IMG/VR virus record: IMGVR_UViG_3300013121_000003
Location: 98,674 to 162,673 of that record
Source of the DNA: a virus
Lineage: Duplodnaviria > Heunggongvirae > Uroviricota > Caudoviricetes
Length of the DNA stretch: 64,000 nt
Reading direction: 5' to 3' (one strand)
Shown here: positions 1-8,784 of the stretch, piece by piece
Layout: the number at the start of each line of letters is the position of its first letter
Numbering within the stretch: the stretch's first letter is position 1
Program-made: the position numbers and the translations under genes
The notes under the pieces: model-generated
What the model saw: the letters and a program-made list of their open reading frames with translations, nothing else
Databases searched by the model: none
What the model was told of the DNA's origin: nothing

Positions 1-35
1 ATACTCATCAGTATCAAAGTCCAAATCAAGGATTT

Positions 36-1223
36 ATGTTTAATCCTGGACAAACACCAATTCCCGGAATTCAAAAACCAGCAACCCAATCATTTCCAAT
101 TCCGTCTCAAGCCGTTAGAACGAATCCAACAACTATTCCTGATTTGTTAAGACGTGGAGCAGCAATTGGTGGTGTTGGGAGAATTGGAGAAAGCACGTTC
201 CAAGGTCTTTGTGGAAAAGGAACTCGTGGAGTTGTTGGTGCTCTTTTAAATGACCCATATTTTCGACAAGGATTAAGTATTGGTGGAAATAATACTGCTG
301 GTTCTCTATCAACTAATAATAATTATCTTCAACAATCAGGTTTTTATCAAAATAGATTATCAGTTGGAAAAGAAAAACTAACTAAAGAATATCTAGATTC
401 TCTTCCAATTGGAACTGTTATATCTTCGGCTGCATATAATGGGGCTGGACACGTTCAAGTTAAGTTAGCTAACGGAACTTGGGCATCTGATGCTGTTCAA
501 AAAACTGTTTTAACAGGAAGTAAATATCATACGTTCGCAGTTCATATACCAAATCAAGAAGGATTCAAGAAAATGGACCCTTCAATTATTGGGCAACATG
601 GACCAACTTTAGCTGCTATGCAAAATTTGGGAATGCCTGTTGAAGTTTCAAAACAACCATCTGAAGTAAAACCAGCAATGTTTGACGCACAGATAATTAA
701 TCAACAACCATCTGATATTATTTCTACTGAAGGTGCAATTAGACCAGATTTACCATCTGACGAACCTTTAGTTCGTTCTAAATCAACTGGAACCGAACCA
801 ATTCCAACAACTGCAATTCCACAAGGAACTGTGGCAAATATTAAACCAACTGATGTTGGTTTTGATGAAAAGGATGCTGTTCCTGTTACTGGTCTTCAAA
901 CCATTGGTGGAGTAACCGCACCACAAGCTGCACCCGAATTACCAGATTATAGCACAATGGTTAAACCAACGGTTGAAGAACAGGGACCAAAACAAGAAAC
1001 TCAGCCAGCATCGCCACCGTCGCCAACTCAAGAACCAACAACACCATCTGGACCAAGAACACCAAGTAGATTTAATCCAGAAACACAAGCCCCAACTCCT
1101 GGAACGTCTGGATTTGGTAGTCAAGGAAGATGTTTCGTTGCTATTAATTTCTTTTTAATCTCCAATGCAGTTGTTTTGTATAAATACATAATACAAAACA
1201 ACTATATATGGAGTTTAATTTGA
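36..1223 (+). CDS. Hypothetical Gly-rich / Pro-Thr-rich protein; its 3' end appears rearranged by the downstream HNH insertion (native C-terminus probably ...GFGSQGRCFV)
   Basis: 395-aa ORF; AAGGA Shine-Dalgarno 6 nt upstream of the ATG at 36; a low-complexity PT-rich linker near the C-terminus; the last ~29 codons read into the HNH insertion. Confidence 0.55.
   Translation: MFNPGQTPIPGIQKPATQSFPIPSQAVRTNPTTIPDLLRRGAAIGGVGRIGESTFQGLCGKGTRGVVGALLNDPYFRQGLSIGGNNTAGSLSTNNNYLQQSGFYQNRLSVGKEKLTKEYLDSLPIGTVISSAAYNGAGHVQVKLANGTWASDAVQKTVLTGSKYHTFAVHIPNQEGFKKMDPSIIGQHGPTLAAMQNLGMPVEVSKQPSEVKPAMFDAQIINQQPSDIISTEGAIRPDLPSDEPLVRSKSTGTEPIPTTAIPQGTVANIKPTDVGFDEKDAVPVTGLQTIGGVTAPQAAPELPDYSTMVKPTVEEQGPKQETQPASPPSPTQEPTTPSGPRTPSRFNPETQAPTPGTSGFGSQGRCFVAINFFLISNAVVLYKYIIQNNYIWSLI
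1110..1136. repeat. 27-bp direct repeat, copy 1 (atttggtagtcaaggaagATGTTTCGT), flanking the HNH endonuclease cassette
   Basis: 26/27 identity with 1889..1915, found by direct inspection. Confidence 0.75.
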
Positions 1224-1888
1224 AAAATATATACGAAGAAAGATATTATAAACTTGTTAATCATTATAAAAATTTAATATTAGAAGGATATGTTGAAAAA
1301 CATCATATAATTCCAAAATGTATGGGTGGATCAAATGATCCAGAAAATATAGTTACTTTAACAGCTAAAGCTCATTATGTTGCACATCATTTATTACATA
1401 AAGCATATCCAGAAAACAGAAAATTGGCTAATGCTTTTGCAATGATGATTTGTGGAAATATTAAAAATCCAAATAGTGATACTAAAAGAATTTTTACAGC
1501 ATCTATGTATGAATCTGGGCGAAAAGCAGCCAGTCTTGCTCATAAAGGTTCAAAAAGACCAGAATTAGGAATTAGAAATCAATTGAGAAGAAAACATCCT
1601 ATATTAATTAAAAAACCACCAGAACCAAACAGACACGCTTTTGATGAATATAATAAAAGGAAAAAACTTGAAGGGTTTTCCGAATATGAATTAGAAACTA
1701 AACGAAAAGCCGGAAGAGCTAGAAAGGGTATTCCCATGTCAGAAGAAGGCAAGAAATCTTATTCTAAAGCAGCATTAATTCGTCAAAAAAATGCTCCTAT
1801 TCTAACTTGTCCCCATTGTAATCATCAACAAAAAAGATCACCTAATTTATATTTGTATCATTTTAATAATTGTTCACAGAAAAATTAA
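1208..1888 (+). CDS. HNH homing endonuclease (freestanding, T4 Mob/I-HmuI-like)
   Basis: Motif HHIIPKCMGGSNDPENIVTLTAKAHYVAHH; basic C-terminal DNA-binding tail; bracketed by the direct repeat. Confidence 0.8.
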   Translation: MEFNLKNIYEERYYKLVNHYKNLILEGYVEKHHIIPKCMGGSNDPENIVTLTAKAHYVAHHLLHKAYPENRKLANAFAMMICGNIKNPNSDTKRIFTASMYESGRKAASLAHKGSKRPELGIRNQLRRKHPILIKKPPEPNRHAFDEYNKRKKLEGFSEYELETKRKAGRARKGIPMSEEGKKSYSKAALIRQKNAPILTCPHCNHQQKRSPNLYLYHFNNCSQKN

Positions 1889-1915
1889 TTTGGTAGTCAA
1901 GGAAGGTGTTTCGTA
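1889..1915. repeat. 27-bp direct repeat, copy 2; encodes FGSQGRCFV followed by a stop, which is the likely original 3' end of the upstream gene
   Basis: 26/27 identity with 1110..1136. Confidence 0.75.
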
Positions 1916-1945
1916 TAATTTGTATACTGACAATATAGTCAAAAA

Positions 1946-1972
1946 GAAAGGAAGGTTTCAAAGTCCTTCCCA
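1946..1972. terminator. Hairpin between convergent genes (HNH on +, gene 32 on -)
   Basis: Stem (a)ggaagg...ccttcc(c) with a 9-nt loop; A/T-rich flanks. Confidence 0.45.
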
Positions 1973-1989
1973 TCTTCCTTGAACAACAA

Positions 1990-2886
1990 TTAGTCTTTAA
2001 ATGGGTTATCATCGTCGTCCAAATTAACGTCCTTAAGAAGTTGAGCAAGTTCGACTGACTCTTCTTCCTCTTCTATCTTCTTAGAAGGTGCTTTAGATTT
2101 GCCTGGGGATGGCTGGGGCTTCGATTCTCCTACCTTAGCCTCTACATCACTCTTGACTCCAAAAACCCTGTCCAGCCTCTTCTTAAGGGCCTCATAGCTC
2201 TTAAACTTATCTGGCGAAACGAGTTCAAGCAGCGAAGCACACTGTTCGATGATCTTCTCGATTTCCTTATCGGTTCCGATTGCTGTTAATTCTGTATCGA
2301 ACTCAGAATCTTCATAGGTGACAAACCGATCCTTTTCCTTGATCACCAAATTGAAGTTGGCTGCTTCCCAAAGATCAAATGGGTTGAAAGACTTCTTGCT
2401 CTTGATCTTGGGAGAATAAGCAGAGAAAATCTTGTCCATTACCTGCTTACCATACTTGTACTTGAACACCTTTCCGTTGTTTTCTGGCTTGGCAGGATCA
2501 TCCACCACAAGAATGTTGGAAACGAAATACTTCTTCCGTGGATACTTGCGAGCTTCATCCTTATTCGTTTGCCATAGAACTGATAGGAATTCTGCACAAG
2601 GATCAGCTTCATCACGATCCAATGTCTGACGTGATTTTTCGATATACCAACCACCAGGAGCTAGGAAGTTATATTCGAACAACTGAACGAATGGAGATTC
2701 TTCGTTGTTACCAGCCGGAAGAAAACGGATAACTGCATAACCATTCTTGGCTTTATCAAGTTGAGGGAACCAAAAACCTTCTTCTTCGTTTTGATATGTG
2801 GTCTTGGTTGTGGATTTGAGTTGCTTTTCTAGGAGAGCTTTACGTTCGTCACGTGATTTCTTTAGTTCTTGTAAAAAGTTTACCAT
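1990..2886 (-). CDS. 32: gp32 single-stranded DNA-binding protein
   Basis: Strong similarity to T4 gp32 (AVIRFLP, WYIE, NILVVDDPAKPENNGKVFKYKYGKQV); acidic C-terminal tail DDDDNPFKD; AAGGA SD. Confidence 0.9.
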   Translation of the reverse strand: MVNFLQELKKSRDERKALLEKQLKSTTKTTYQNEEEGFWFPQLDKAKNGYAVIRFLPAGNNEESPFVQLFEYNFLAPGGWYIEKSRQTLDRDEADPCAEFLSVLWQTNKDEARKYPRKKYFVSNILVVDDPAKPENNGKVFKYKYGKQVMDKIFSAYSPKIKSKKSFNPFDLWEAANFNLVIKEKDRFVTYEDSEFDTELTAIGTDKEIEKIIEQCASLLELVSPDKFKSYEALKKRLDRVFGVKSDVEAKVGESKPQPSPGKSKAPSKKIEEEEESVELAQLLKDVNLDDDDNPFKD

Positions 2887-2942
2887 GTAATTTGTCCTTT
2901 GTGTTTTTGTATACTTGTTATTAGCAATGATATAAAATTATG

Positions 2943-3551
2943 TCACACTGTATTTATGTAAGTTTCCGAACCTCCTTCTTTAGAATTGAAAATTTTCTTG
3001 AACTCTGTTGTTAATTTGTCTCTATCATACGGAACGAATGGTTTAAACTTTTCGATTTTGAAAGAGAGCGTCTTAATGATTTCATCGTCTTTGAGTTTAT
3101 GATTCCAATAAGGAACAATCCTCATTATATCAGAGACTATGATCAGAGTCTCTATGGAAACCTTGTCTCCCTGATATTTTTTGACGATCTTGGGATGTGT
3201 AGAACCATCAGTAAATATCATATCTACAACATCAGAAAATTGATTAAGCTCTTTCTTAAAATTGTAAGTTAGCGATTCAATGATTTTCTTATGTTTTCTA
3301 TAGTTTGAAATGGAATCTTGATCCATTGTCAATTCACCGATCCAAACATCTCTTTCCACGAAATTATAAGCAAGGAATTTAAATGGATCACGATGTTTGG
3401 TTAGAGCAGTGAAGAAAATCTTGTCCTTGCGTCTTTCATATGATTCAACAGTAGCTTTTGTTTTTCCTTGATGTTTGAAGTAATCATATGATTTAGTGGT
3501 AAAATGTGATTTCAAAGCAATATATAGTTTGTATGCTTCATATGAATTCAT
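2943..3551 (-). CDS. 59: gp59 helicase-loading protein
   Basis: Recalled similarity to T4 gp59 (YKLY, RRKDKIFF, WIGE motifs); located directly upstream of gene 32 as in T4. Confidence 0.75.
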   Translation of the reverse strand: MNSYEAYKLYIALKSHFTTKSYDYFKHQGKTKATVESYERRKDKIFFTALTKHRDPFKFLAYNFVERDVWIGELTMDQDSISNYRKHKKIIESLTYNFKKELNQFSDVVDMIFTDGSTHPKIVKKYQGDKVSIETLIIVSDIMRIVPYWNHKLKDDEIIKTLSFKIEKFKPFVPYDRDKLTTEFKKIFNSKEGGSETYINTV

Positions 3552-3790
3552 TGATTAAATGGAAGCCTGTTTGTTTTCTCTATGAAATGTAATCGTTCTG
3601 CTTCTTCAGTTATTTTCTGATAAAGAGCAGGACAATTTTTTATTATGTTTCCTATATTTTCTTCTTCAATTTCATGTTTTTCTGCTATTTGAATAGCAGC
3701 TTCGATATATGTGATATCTTCAAGCCAAACAAGTTCTTCAATATCTTTGATGATATTAGATAGTTCTTTCAAAATAATTGGTTCATTCAT
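3548..3790 (-). CDS. Hypothetical small acidic protein at the positional slot of T4 33/dsbA
   Basis: 80-aa ORF; ATGA start/stop overlap with gene 59. Confidence 0.45.
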   Translation of the reverse strand: MNEPIILKELSNIIKDIEELVWLEDITYIEAAIQIAEKHEIEEENIGNIIKNCPALYQKITEEAERLHFIEKTNRLPFNQ

Positions 3791-3865
3791 TTCACATGCT
3801 TTATATAAATGTACGTTATATACAATATTGTAATTATTACTATGATTGATGGAATTATATGTTCT

Positions 3866-4126
3866 TCAGCCACCAGGAGTCATGATCCTTTTTATCCTCT
3901 TTTTTGATTTCTCACCGTGAATTCTATAAGTGAATCCGTTTGGAAGATGTTCTTCGTTTTCTTTAATAAATTTGGCAATTTTGATAGTACCATCACCAAA
4001 GGAAGCAATCAATGGAAAGCCATATTTATTCATTATTTCCTTGGCTTCGTGTAGTGTTTTTGCTACATAGAGATACGAATATGACATGATTTTAATCGGC
4101 TCTTTCCCGACCCAAAGAACGTACAT
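3866..4126 (-). CDS. Hypothetical protein
   Basis: 86-aa ORF in the minus-strand gene array. Confidence 0.45.
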   Translation of the reverse strand: MYVLWVGKEPIKIMSYSYLYVAKTLHEAKEIMNKYGFPLIASFGDGTIKIAKFIKENEEHLPNGFTYRIHGEKSKKRIKRIMTPGG

Positions 4127-4129
4127 TTC

Positions 4130-4795
4130 TCATTCAAATCCTTTTGGTGTTTTTTTCTGTTTAAGTTTATTTATGATTCTTTCATCGATGTAATTGTTCT
4201 TAATATATCTTAATGTTTTTCGATTTAATTTGAAATCCAGTAATCTTAAAATAATTGACGTATAACCACAAGTAGCAATAACGAATTTCAGATCATGAGA
4301 TATACGACGATGAAGAACACAATTCAGCGGATTATCTAAAATAAAATGAATATTTTCAGATGAACCATAAATAACAATATGACTTAACACATATTCAGGA
4401 ACAAATTTTCTTTTTAAAATTTCTTGATAATGATAGTGATTTCCATACAAAGCAATTTTGTATAATAATTGTTCAGATATATTTTGTTCTTTTAATAGTA
4501 AATTTCTGCAAGCATCGGTTCCTTTGACTGCTGCCAATTTTTTTGTAACATCATTCAATTCATGTTTTTTCATTAAATCGAGAATAACATTTCTGTTATG
4601 CGTAATATTAATTATATGATATTTTACCAAATGATCTAATTTTGGTCGATTAATCAACCACTGAATAGATTTTATATCACATCCATATTGTGCAAGGGCT
4701 AGTTGTGCGTATAAATCCAATTCGACGTTATTTGACTGGTTCTGTGTCGGTTCTTTCGTCTGTGATAATCCTTGGTTCATCTGTCTCGATTCCAC
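4130..4795 (-). CDS. Hypothetical protein
   Basis: 221-aa ORF. Confidence 0.55.
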   Translation of the reverse strand: MESRQMNQGLSQTKEPTQNQSNNVELDLYAQLALAQYGCDIKSIQWLINRPKLDHLVKYHIINITHNRNVILDLMKKHELNDVTKKLAAVKGTDACRNLLLKEQNISEQLLYKIALYGNHYHYQEILKRKFVPEYVLSHIVIYGSSENIHFILDNPLNCVLHRRISHDLKFVIATCGYTSIILRLLDFKLNRKTLRYIKNNYIDERIINKLKQKKTPKGFE

Positions 4796-5072
4796 GCTTC
4801 AATGGATCAAACATCTTTTCAAGCCAAGACTTCTCGTGCCAAGCTGGTTCGTTCGCTGGCTTCTTGGCTACAGGTTTCTTAAATACCTGCCAAGGATTGC
4901 TGGGTTTGTCAACAGCAGGTTTCTCATGCCGAACGACCTTCTTTGGTTTTGGTTGTTCTTTCTTGACATAAACCTTTTCAACAAACATCCAATCAAATAG
5001 ACCAAAGAAACAATCAAAAGCCTTGACTTGCGTTGGAACTAAAAGAACTGCTAGAATGAGAATTACTTTCAT
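4728..5072 (-). CDS. Small secreted/periplasmic protein with an N-terminal signal peptide (start taken at the internal Met, MKVILILAVLLVPTQVKA)
   Basis: Hydrophobic signal-like N-terminus; ATGA overlap with the stop of the upstream gene at 5069-5072. Confidence 0.5.
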   Translation of the reverse strand: MKVILILAVLLVPTQVKAFDCFFGLFDWMFVEKVYVKKEQPKPKKVVRHEKPAVDKPSNPWQVFKKPVAKKPANEPAWHEKSWLEKMFDPLKRGIETDEPRIITDERTDTEPVK

Positions 5073-5623
5073 TTCTTGATTACCTTTCCTACGGTTCCAA
5101 CTTTCCACCCTTCCATCTTACCCATAGCTTCAATAACCAAATTCTTTTCTGAAGTAGTCATTGTTCCCAAGACTTTCAGATAAGAGACTTTTGCGTACTT
5201 GGCGACATAGTGAGCATATCCAGTTGAATCATTGCCATCATAATCTGGTGCATACTTCTGGATAGCCTTGATCAATGACAGTTTGTCATATCCACGGATT
5301 GGAGTGAAAACAAGATCATAGTGAGCTTTGCGACCATGTTCAACGGTCGGGAAAACTGACATTCCTGAATCGTCTTGACCGATTGCACCATACTTTCTGG
5401 CGTATTCACCATATCTGATATTGCCTGGATTGTTGTTTTTCCAAGCCTTGGTTCCATCAGAACGTTTCCATTCAGAACCGTCTTCTGTTTGGACATGAAT
5501 CCAACCCTTTCCTGCACCAAGAACTTTTATGATCTTTCCTGGATCAGAAGATTTAGATTGAACGATTTCTTTTTCTGGACTTTCTTCGTCTTCAAGTCCT
5601 CTGCTTTTAGGATCAATAGCCAT
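5069..5623 (-). CDS. Hypothetical protein carrying a conserved W-x-NNPGNIRYG...HG(R)KA.Y..F..YA/FAP domain; paralog of the adjacent gene
   Basis: 184-aa ORF; its domain aligns with the C-terminal half of 5623..6507. Confidence 0.6.
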   Translation of the reverse strand: MAIDPKSRGLEDEESPEKEIVQSKSSDPGKIIKVLGAGKGWIHVQTEDGSEWKRSDGTKAWKNNNPGNIRYGEYARKYGAIGQDDSGMSVFPTVEHGRKAHYDLVFTPIRGYDKLSLIKAIQKYAPDYDGNDSTGYAHYVAKYAKVSYLKVLGTMTTSEKNLVIEAMGKMEGWKVGTVGKVIKK

Positions 5624-6507
5624 TAGTATCCATTCCTATCAAAATCTTCTAAAGATTCAAAAACAATAACTTTACCAGGAATAAAATCTTCAATTTCCAT
5701 AAGCATGTCAATCATTTGTTGACGCTTATTTTCAGGAAGATTGACCATGATCGTTGCCGTGTTGACTCTTATCTTCTTAAGAGCATCGATATATTTTTGT
5801 GTTTTAAAGCCTTCTTTTAACGGAGCAAACCTTTTCATAGCATCAGCTAAATTCTTGTTTTTATATCCATGTTCTGATTCGAATAGAAGAACATAACAAG
5901 CTTTGCGACCAGCTTCGTATGTTTCGAAAACAGCATATTTAGATGCTTTACCAATGGCATTCTGAGAGACAGCAAACTTTCCATAGAGAATCGAACATGG
6001 ATTGTTCATTCTCCAATTGAGAGTTCCACCAGTTCTAACCTGAACAGTTTGATCATTGAGAAGCATACGAAGATAATAATCCCGTGCGACTAGAACTTCG
6101 GCGGCTTTCTTTTCCTTTACCTTGGGAACTCGTCTCTCTTCCTTAACAACTGGAACTTCTTCCTTCTTAGATTCGGCTTTCTTTTTAGGAATACCAATAT
6201 CTTTTGTCCAAACATAATCAATTACATTCTTAGAATGCTTGACTCCATCAAACCAAACAAATGATCCAATAGCTGCGAAAACCAAACCGATTAAAGCTAT
6301 TCTTCCCCAAGCTATTTTCTTGGCTGGTGAAATTTTATCAAGAGTTTCTTGAACTGATTCCACAAGAGTTGGTTTATCTGGAACAGGTTCTACTGGAACC
6401 GAAGTTTCTACTTTAACTTCTTGTTTCGATTCTGTGACAACTGGTTCAGATTTTGATTCAGTTGTTTCAACCTTAAATGTTAATTGTGGCTTAGGATCAT
6501 CTGCCAT
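5623..6507 (-). CDS. Membrane-anchored paralog (single TM helix, Lys-rich linker, then the same WRMNNPCSILYG... domain)
   Basis: 294-aa ORF; TM segment IAWGRIALIGLVFAAIGSFVWF; ATGA overlap with the downstream paralog. Confidence 0.6.
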   Translation of the reverse strand: MADDPKPQLTFKVETTESKSEPVVTESKQEVKVETSVPVEPVPDKPTLVESVQETLDKISPAKKIAWGRIALIGLVFAAIGSFVWFDGVKHSKNVIDYVWTKDIGIPKKKAESKKEEVPVVKEERRVPKVKEKKAAEVLVARDYYLRMLLNDQTVQVRTGGTLNWRMNNPCSILYGKFAVSQNAIGKASKYAVFETYEAGRKACYVLLFESEHGYKNKNLADAMKRFAPLKEGFKTQKYIDALKKIRVNTATIMVNLPENKRQQMIDMLMEIEDFIPGKVIVFESLEDFDRNGY

Positions 6508-6554
6508 TTCAAACTCCTAATCTATGAAAAATATCTTCTGACATTACTTATCGA

Positions 6555-6809
6555 TCATTCTTTTTTGGCATAATTAACTAATGTTTTCGTGTAATTTATA
6601 TATTTACGATCAATAGGTTTAGAAATATATGTTCCTTTATAAGAAATAAATTCTTTTAATTCACCATTATGAAATTTTATAGCTTCAGAAATAGCTTGTT
6701 GAATGTTCTGATCTGGATTCTTGACCAAAATTCTCAATAGAGCATCAATCTGTTGTTGTTTTGCTGGTGTCAGCTTGTTGTAATCTGATAAGTTCATGTT
6801 TTCCTTCAT
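6555..6809 (-). CDS. Hypothetical protein
   Basis: 84-aa ORF. Confidence 0.45.
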   Translation of the reverse strand: MKENMNLSDYNKLTPAKQQQIDALLRILVKNPDQNIQQAISEAIKFHNGELKEFISYKGTYISKPIDRKYINYTKTLVNYAKKE

Positions 6810-6825
6810 CTATATAAAATCCATA

Positions 6826-7047
6826 TTAGTCTATTCTATGTTCATCATTTCCATAACGAGCAATACAAGATTTTGTATTATTATCTAATTCATGATGATC
6901 TAATAATTTAGTTTTATGTTCATAATTTCCATTTATAGCAATCCAAGATTTTTCTTCATGTGAAATCTTAGGATTAGATAGACATTTATCTAACCATCCT
7001 GGATGATTCATTTTAATAAGTTCAACAGATGAATATTTATCTATCAT
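6826..7047 (-). CDS. Hypothetical protein
   Basis: 73-aa ORF. Confidence 0.4.
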   Translation of the reverse strand: MIDKYSSVELIKMNHPGWLDKCLSNPKISHEEKSWIAINGNYEHKTKLLDHHELDNNTKSCIARYGNDEHRID

Positions 7048-7080
7048 CTTTTAATACTTGTTTTTTGGTCCAAAACGAAT

Positions 7081-7101
7081 AAAGGCACCCGAAGGTGCCT
7101 C
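7081..7101 (-). terminator. Rho-independent terminator downstream of the 7122..7364 gene
   Basis: Stem aggcacc/ggtgcct with loop cgaa, followed on the minus strand by TTATTCGTTTT. Confidence 0.65.
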
Positions 7102-7121
7102 TATCCAACTTCTCGGCTTCT

Positions 7122-7364
7122 TCACTCACCAGTTGGAGCGGGAACCGGAATTCCTGTTGACCAGTCATTCCGAATCCGAGCCGATTCCATCTGCTTGGAA
7201 TCACACTTCAGGCGACGGACCTTCTCCGTGTCATCTGCCTTTCGAACCGGCTCATAGCACGACGGCCCTTTGACATCGATTCCGGTCGGAGGTTCGCCAG
7301 TATTCTGGGCGAGCGCAGCCGAAATCAGCGAACACGCAAGAGCAACAGAGATAGCAAGCTTCAT
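7122..7364 (-). CDS. Small secreted protein (signal peptide MKLAISVALACSLISAALA) encoded in a short GC-rich islet
   Basis: 80-aa ORF; local GC content clearly above the background; has its own terminator. Confidence 0.5.
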   Translation of the reverse strand: MKLAISVALACSLISAALAQNTGEPPTGIDVKGPSCYEPVRKADDTEKVRRLKCDSKQMESARIRNDWSTGIPVPAPTGE

Positions 7365-7402
7365 GGTTTTCCTCTAGGGTTTAATTTCACTTACTTAGGT
7401 TG

Positions 7403-8488
7403 TTAGTCTTTATCCTTCAAAAGATATTCCTGACTAATCGCTTTGAAGGATAAACCACCGTCAAGTCTCTTGAAGACGATGCCTTCCCTAACAGAATTAT
7501 ATATAGACGGTCCTTGAGCGAATTGCAAGACATTTGTTAAGATTTCTTCGTCTGTTTTGCCGAAGTCACCTAAAGTCTTGGTTCCAAACACATGAACATG
7601 TGGAAGTTCGAAGCCAGAATCATTTATTGCCTTGACCAGCCTAATTCTTTCATCTGGCGAGTAATATCGTTGACGATCAATGTCCCATACATCAAAGAGG
7701 AAGAATGTGTGCGTCTTGAGCCATTCCCGATTACTTTGAACGCCTGGACCCATCAGTTCGCCTTGGAAAGCGATATTCTTTCCATGCCACTGAAGCATCT
7801 CTGGGATTCGAAGGTTCCTGGCAACTCTCCAATAGAGATTTTCATCGTCCTCATAGAGTTCCATGTTCCGAGAACAAACTCCAAGAATATCACCCTTCTT
7901 ATAGACAGTCATTGAAGAGCCATCGAGCTTCAGAGACACTTCCCATTGAGCTTTAAGATCATATGCAAGCTCTTTGTAGATATTCTGGATTCGCTCTTGA
8001 TCAGTCTTGCGAATGAGGCTAGGAAGCGTTCCTTTGATCTTTCCAGAAAGATTAGCTGGAATTGGCTTCTCATACTTCTGAACTTTAAGAATTTCTGTTA
8101 CGTCATCACCCTCAGAAACTTCGTGCTTATTACCTTCTGAATCTGTGATGAAATAACAAGGTCTGCCTTCGTCATTTTCGCCTTTAACAAGAGGAATGGC
8201 CAAGCCTTGAGATAATGTTCCCTTAAGCTTTACAGTCTTGATTCTGAAACCATCACCAAGATGCTTAGTGGATTTGAAGCAACCTTTACGAAGGAATTCA
8301 AATCGTTCTTCGATTGGCAGAAAACTGTCAATTTCAAAGTAACAGATCAAATCTCCTGGCATAAACTTGTTTGCTTTAGCAGAAACCAGGGACCAACCAT
8401 CAACATGAAGTTTTACAATATTATCTGCACCTTCAATTGGGTCAATATTACCTATGCGTCGAATAGACGCCAACTTTCTTTCAGTCAT
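7403..8488 (-). CDS. ATP-dependent RNA ligase of the Rnl5 / DRB0094 / Naegleria-type family (N-terminal OB-like module plus nucleotidyltransferase with KLDGSS motif I)
   Basis: N-terminus ASIRRIGNIDPIEGADNIVKLHVDGWSLV...GDLICYFEIDSFLP is typical of this family; KxDG motif present. Confidence 0.65.
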   Translation of the reverse strand: MTERKLASIRRIGNIDPIEGADNIVKLHVDGWSLVSAKANKFMPGDLICYFEIDSFLPIEERFEFLRKGCFKSTKHLGDGFRIKTVKLKGTLSQGLAIPLVKGENDEGRPCYFITDSEGNKHEVSEGDDVTEILKVQKYEKPIPANLSGKIKGTLPSLIRKTDQERIQNIYKELAYDLKAQWEVSLKLDGSSMTVYKKGDILGVCSRNMELYEDDENLYWRVARNLRIPEMLQWHGKNIAFQGELMGPGVQSNREWLKTHTFFLFDVWDIDRQRYYSPDERIRLVKAINDSGFELPHVHVFGTKTLGDFGKTDEEILTNVLQFAQGPSIYNSVREGIVFKRLDGGLSFKAISQEYLLKDKD

Positions 8489-8499
8489 TCATTCTCCAA

Positions 8500-8784
8500 T
8501 CAATATTTCTTACGAATAAAAAGACCAGGAATTGTTCCTGGAACACAATAATATACAGTGATGGATTGATTATTATCCATCACTATTTTTCTACCATCGA
8601 TTAAGATATTTTGGATTTTCTGTTCGATATATTTACACCAGAAGAAATTCAATAATTTCTTCCCAAATGGTGTTTTATGAATTTCAGGAGATATTAGGCA
8701 ATATTCACCAAATGTAAGTGTTGATGACCATATAGTATTTAATACTGCCCAACGTTGAAATGTTCCAATTTTATTTTTTTTCAT
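8500..8784 (-). CDS. Hypothetical protein
   Basis: 94-aa ORF. Confidence 0.45.
   Translation of the reverse strand: MKKNKIGTFQRWAVLNTIWSSTLTFGEYCLISPEIHKTPFGKKLLNFFWCKYIEQKIQNILIDGRKIVMDNNQSITVYYCVPGTIPGLFIRKKY

Noticed and set aside
939-1158. Small ORFs 939..1124(-) and 973..1158(+) inside 36..1223
   Set aside because: They are nested in the PT-rich low-complexity segment of a longer ORF
3548-3790. Calling this ORF gp33 (late transcription co-activator) or DsbA by position
   Set aside because: No recognisable sequence similarity recalled; only positional analogy to T4
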